A stretch of DNA of 49,490 nucleotides from an uncultured archaeon (GTDB lineage: Archaea; Hadarchaeota; Hadarchaeia; Hadarchaeales; WYZ-LMO6), in contig CALJER010000029.1 of assembly GCA_938074535.1 (NCBI GenBank), positions 1 through 49,490 on the forward strand. Direction: 5' to 3'. Under the pieces are notes generated by a model that was not told the origin of the DNA, searched no databases, and saw nothing but the letters and a program-made list of their open reading frames with translations. The position numbers and the translations under genes were made by a program. Of this stretch, positions 45,525 through 49,490 are shown piece by piece (within the stretch, counting starts at the first letter, position 1; each line of letters starts with the position of its first letter).

Positions 45525-46770
45525 GGGAGTGGTGTGTCCCTTCTGCGGCTGTCTGTGCGATGACCTGGAGGTGGAGGTGCAGGATGGGAAGATCCTCTCC
45601 ACCAGGAATGCCTGCCCGGTCTCCAGGTCGAAGTTCCTCTCCCACGCGGAGGACAGGGCCAGGCCCACGGTGGGGGGCAGAGAGGTGGGGATGGAGGAGG
45701 CCGTGGAGGAGGCCGCCCGTATCCTCAGGGAGGCCGACTTCCCCCTCATCTACGGTCTGAGCTCCACCGAGTCCGATGCCCAGAGGCTGGCCGTCAGGCT
45801 GGCCGAGCTTACGGGCGCCAGCCTGGACAACACCTCCTCCACCTGCCACGGGCCCACCGTGCTGGCGGCGCAGGAGTGCGGGGCGGTGAAGTGCACGCTG
45901 GGCGAGGTGAAGAACAGGGCGGACCTGGTGGTTTTCTGGGGCTGCAATCCGGCGGAGGCGCACATCCGCCACCCCGTTAGGTACTCCCTCACCCCGGCGG
46001 GGATGTACAGGCAGGGCAAGAAGGAGAGGTTCTCGGTGCATGTGGACGTGAGGGAGACCAGGACCTCGAAGATGGTGAACCAGTTCATCAAGGTGGAGGA
46101 GGGGAAGGATTATGAACTCCTCTCCGCCCTCAGGGCGGCCCTGAGGGGTTACGAGGTGAAGGAGGCGGCAGGGGTACCGGGGGAGAAGGTGAAGGAGCTG
46201 GCGGAGCGGATGAAAGGCTGCAAGTTCGGCATCATCTTCTTCGGGATGGGTCTCACGATGTCCAAAGGGAAGAACCTGAACATCGACGCCGCCCTCAGGC
46301 TGGTGAGGGATTTGAACGACTACACGAAGTTCCTGATCATGCCCATGAGGGGGCACTTCAACGTGAGCGGGGCCAACGAGGTGCTCACTTGGCTCACCGG
46401 CTACCCCTTTGCCGTCAACTTCAGCAGGGGTTATCCCGTGTACAACCCGGGGGAATTCTCGGCGGTCGACCTCCTCTACAGGGGGGAATGCGACGCCGCC
46501 CTCATCCTGGCCTCCGATCCCGCAGCCCACTTCCCCGCCAGGTCCGTCCGCCACCTGGCCTCCATCCCCACCATCGTGATAGACCCCAAGGTGAGCCTGA
46601 CCACCAAACTCGCGCGCGTGGTGATACCCTCGGCCATAGCGGGCATAGAATGTGATGGAACCGCCTACAGGATGGATGGCGTTCCCCTCAGGCTGAAGAA
46701 GATCGTGGAGTCCCCCTATCTCCCCGACAGGGAGATCCTGGGGAGGATCATCGAGAGGGTGGGAGCATGA
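45505..46770 (+). CDS. fwdB: Formylmethanofuran dehydrogenase subunit B (Cys-type)
   Basis: CPFCGCLCDD, TCHGP, CTLGEVKNRAD, MRGHFNV, GTAYRMDGVP. Confidence 0.94.
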   Translation: MRLALLKGVVCPFCGCLCDDLEVEVQDGKILSTRNACPVSRSKFLSHAEDRARPTVGGREVGMEEAVEEAARILREADFPLIYGLSSTESDAQRLAVRLAELTGASLDNTSSTCHGPTVLAAQECGAVKCTLGEVKNRADLVVFWGCNPAEAHIRHPVRYSLTPAGMYRQGKKERFSVHVDVRETRTSKMVNQFIKVEEGKDYELLSALRAALRGYEVKEAAGVPGEKVKELAERMKGCKFGIIFFGMGLTMSKGKNLNIDAALRLVRDLNDYTKFLIMPMRGHFNVSGANEVLTWLTGYPFAVNFSRGYPVYNPGEFSAVDLLYRGECDAALILASDPAAHFPARSVRHLASIPTIVIDPKVSLTTKLARVVIPSAIAGIECDGTAYRMDGVPLRLKKIVESPYLPDREILGRIIERVGA

Positions 46771-48383
46771 TCATAAAGAACGGAACCGTCTACGACCCCC
46801 TCAACGGGATCAAGGGGGAGAAAATGGACCTCTTCATAGAGGGCGGCAGAATCGTGGAGGAGGCGAAGGGGGAGGTCATAGATGCTTCTGGCCTGCTGGT
46901 CCTTCCAGGCGGGGTCGACCTCCACAGCCACATAGCGGGTTCCAAGGTGAATCTGGGGAGGCTGATGAGGCCTGAGGACCACAGGAAGGATCCCGTGCCC
47001 GCGACGGAGGTGACCAGGAGCGGCACGGGGTACACGGTGCCCACCACCTACGTCACGGGTTACCGGTATGCGACGATGGGCTACACCACCGTGATGGAGG
47101 CCGCCATGCCGCCCCTCACCGCCAGGCACGTCCACGAGGAGCTGTGCGACATACCCATGGTGGACAAGGGGGCCTTCACCCTCATGGGAAACAACCACTT
47201 CGTGATGAAGTACATAGCGGAGGGGAACTGGGAGAAGCTCAGGAACTACGTGGGCTGGCTGCTGAAGGCCACGAAGGGCTACGCCATCAAGCTGGTGAAC
47301 CCGGGGGGGGTGGAGAACTGGAAGTGGGGAAAGAACGTGGAGGGACTGGACGACAAGGTGGAAAACTACGGGGTGACCCCCAGGGAGATCATAAAGGGTT
47401 TGAGCAGGGCGAACGAGGAGCTGGGTCTCCCCCACCCCATCCACGTTCACTGCAACAAGCTGGGGACCCCAGGGAAGTTCGGGATCGTGGTGGAGACGGT
47501 GGAGACGGTGGTGGCGCAGGGCGGCAGGATCCACATCACCCACGTTCAGTTCAACTCCTACGGAGGAGAGGACTGGGCCACCCTCTCCTCCGCCGCACCG
47601 GAGGTGGCGAAGGCCATCAACCGCTCACCGGGAGCCACCTGCGATCTGGGGCAGGTGATTTTCGGGGAGGCCACCACCATGACCGGGGACGGTCCCTGGC
47701 AGCACAGGCTCTTCAAGCTCACGGGGAACAAGTGGTACAACTCCGACGTGGAGCTGGAAGTGGGTGCGGGGATCGTGCCCTACACCTTCAAGCCCAAGTC
47801 CCTGGTGAACGCCGTCCAGTGGACCATAGGCCTGGAGGTGGCCCTGCTGGTGGAGGATCCTTGGAAGGTGGTGCTGACCACCGACCACCCCAATGCCGGA
47901 CCTTTCTACTACTATCCCAGGGTGATCGAATGGCTGATGAGCAGGAAGGCCAGGGAGAAAACCCTTTCGGAGGTACACAAGGCGGCTTCTTCCCGCTCCA
48001 CCCTGCCGAGCCTGGAAAGGGAGTACTCCCTTTATGAGATAGCCGTGATCACCAGGGCCGGTCCCGCCAGGCTCCTGGGGCTCAGGAGAAAGGGGCACCT
48101 GGGGGTGGGGGCGGATGCGGACGTGGCCATCTACGAGTTCAGGGAGGATGATGTGGAGGGTTCCTTCTCCAGGGCCAAGTACGTGATCAAGGACGGTGAG
48201 ATCGTGGTGAAGGACGGGAGGGTGGTGAGGGAGCACTGGGGAAGGACGCTCTGGGTGAGCCCGCCCGGAGAGCTCCCGGAGGACGCCAAGGCGGACTTCG
48301 AAAAGTACTACACCGTTTCGCTGGAGAACTACCCGGTGGAGCCTGAGTACCTCCCCAAGAGCGAGGTGATACCGTGCGGGTGA
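46767..48383 (+). CDS. fwdA: Formylmethanofuran dehydrogenase subunit A
   Basis: DLHSHIAG, KLVNPGG, HVHCN.LG.PG, TTDHPNAGPF, KGHLGVGADAD. Confidence 0.95.
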   Translation: MIIKNGTVYDPLNGIKGEKMDLFIEGGRIVEEAKGEVIDASGLLVLPGGVDLHSHIAGSKVNLGRLMRPEDHRKDPVPATEVTRSGTGYTVPTTYVTGYRYATMGYTTVMEAAMPPLTARHVHEELCDIPMVDKGAFTLMGNNHFVMKYIAEGNWEKLRNYVGWLLKATKGYAIKLVNPGGVENWKWGKNVEGLDDKVENYGVTPREIIKGLSRANEELGLPHPIHVHCNKLGTPGKFGIVVETVETVVAQGGRIHITHVQFNSYGGEDWATLSSAAPEVAKAINRSPGATCDLGQVIFGEATTMTGDGPWQHRLFKLTGNKWYNSDVELEVGAGIVPYTFKPKSLVNAVQWTIGLEVALLVEDPWKVVLTTDHPNAGPFYYYPRVIEWLMSRKAREKTLSEVHKAASSRSTLPSLEREYSLYEIAVITRAGPARLLGLRRKGHLGVGADADVAIYEFREDDVEGSFSRAKYVIKDGEIVVKDGRVVREHWGRTLWVSPPGELPEDAKADFEKYYTVSLENYPVEPEYLPKSEVIPCG

Positions 48384-49261
48384 ACGGCGTGGAGATAGAG
48401 GACACCTTCGCCGAGGCCTTCGGCATGAGGGCGGCCAGGGTCATCGTTACGGCCAGGAACGAGGAGTGGGTGAGGAACGCGGCCCTGACCGCCACGGGTT
48501 TCGCCACCTCCGTGATAGCCTGCGGGGTGGAGGCGGGTGTGGAGAAGTGGCTGAGCCCCCAGGAAACCCCGGATGGAAGGCCGGGAGCCAGTCTTCTCCT
48601 CTTCGCCATGTCCGAGAAGGAACTGGAGGACCAGCTGCTCCGAAGGGTGGGGCAGTGCATCATGACCTGCCCCACCACCTCCTGTTTCAACGGCCTGCAG
48701 GGGGAGAAGAGCGTGAAGGTGGGGGCCAAGCTCAGGTTCTTCGGCGACGGCTTCCAGCTCTCCAAGAGGGTGGAGGGGAGAAGGTTCTGGAGGATCCCGG
48801 TGATGGAGGGGGAATTCATGGTGGAGGAGGAGTTCGGAATAAAGAGGGCGGTGGGCGGCGGAAACTTCCTGATCCTGGGGGAGGATGAGGACTGCACGCT
48901 GGAGGCGGCGGAGAGGGCAGTGGAGAGGATAAAGAGGGTGGAAGGTGTGGTGGCGCCCTTCCCGGGGGGCGTGGTGAGGAGCGGGAGCAAGGTGGGTTCC
49001 AAGTACAAGTTCCTGAGGGCCTCCACCAACACGGAGTACTGCCCCACCCTCAGACCCCTGGTGAGGAGCAAAATACCGGAGGGGGTGAACTGCGTGCTGG
49101 AGATCGTGATCAACGGCCTGGACGAAGAGGGCGTGAGGAGGGCGATGAGGGAGGGAATAGAGGGAGCCTGCTCGGTGAAGGGGGTGAGGAGGATCTCGGC
49201 GGGCAACTATGGGGGGAAGCTGGGCAAGTACCTCTTCCACCTCAGGGAGGTGATGAAGTGA
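48374..49261 (+). CDS. ftr: Formylmethanofuran:H4MPT formyltransferase
   Basis: IEDTFAEAF, TGFATSVIAC, TPDGRPG, SGSKVGSKY, SAGNYGGKLG. Confidence 0.95.
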   Translation: MRVNGVEIEDTFAEAFGMRAARVIVTARNEEWVRNAALTATGFATSVIACGVEAGVEKWLSPQETPDGRPGASLLLFAMSEKELEDQLLRRVGQCIMTCPTTSCFNGLQGEKSVKVGAKLRFFGDGFQLSKRVEGRRFWRIPVMEGEFMVEEEFGIKRAVGGGNFLILGEDEDCTLEAAERAVERIKRVEGVVAPFPGGVVRSGSKVGSKYKFLRASTNTEYCPTLRPLVRSKIPEGVNCVLEIVINGLDEEGVRRAMREGIEGACSVKGVRRISAGNYGGKLGKYLFHLREVMK

Positions 49262-49490
49262 TCGTCCTGAGACCCAGGGTTCCCTTCAAGGTCCCGGTGG
49301 AGGCTGAGGTGCTCTGCCCGGAGCACCTGTGCGGTAAGTCGGTGGAGGAGGTGGGGAGGATGGAGGTGCTTTACGGAAGAAGGAGGAGGAGGCTGGAGGA
49401 GCTCTTCGCCGTGGAGGAGAGGGACGGGGGGGAGATCCTCAGACTGGAGGGGGACTTCGGCAGGGTGAAGCACGTGGGGGCCAGGATGAC
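49258..49490 (+). CDS. fwdC: Formylmethanofuran dehydrogenase subunit C, 3'-truncated by window edge
   Basis: GTGA overlap with ftr; VPVEAEVLCPE..LEELFAV..EGDFGRVKHVGARM. Confidence 0.85.
   Translation, partial: MIVLRPRVPFKVPVEAEVLCPEHLCGKSVEEVGRMEVLYGRRRRRLEELFAVEERDGGEILRLEGDFGRVKHVGARM

Noticed and set aside
1-49490. CRISPR arrays, IS elements, rRNA, selenocysteine recoding
   Set aside because: No spaced direct repeats, transposase/integrase motifs or rRNA signatures; FwdB has Cys at the ligand site with no in-frame TGA

Overview
GC-rich, gene-dense archaeal chromosomal window. It carries a Thermococcus-like PolB, archaeal PheST, a GPN GTPase, H4MPT/methanofuran C1 genes, TATA-type promoters and many 4-nt NTGA stop/start overlaps. 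A thermophilic anaerobe such as a Hadarchaeota-like lineage is plausible, but that is inference only. Left to right: the tail of a NuoF/HydB + small NuoG-like module; a ~233-nt structured non-coding element; polB; an Fe-S carrier trio (nifU-like, an unannotated 55-aa Cys-rich ORF, mrp); a lipid/redox region (acyl-CoA dehydrogenase, SCP2-like, a 490-aa orphan, QueG-like + membrane partner, a degenerate ACAD, GMC oxidoreductase, acyl-CoA ligase, a truncated lipase); a class III signal peptide (pilin-like) operon coupled to the GMC/ACAD genes; a second ~250-nt structured non-coding element behind pheT; pncA-pncB-pheST; tRNA thiolation, Fe-S and metabolite-repair genes, including a NnrE-TudS fusion; and mtd/RFA-P synthase divergent from fwdD-fwdB-fwdA-ftr-fwdC. 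No rRNA, intact tRNA, CRISPR array or transposase was seen. The most notable unexplained items are the two large promoter-fronted structured RNAs, which match no family I can recognise. All family calls come from motif recognition by eye, not from database searches.
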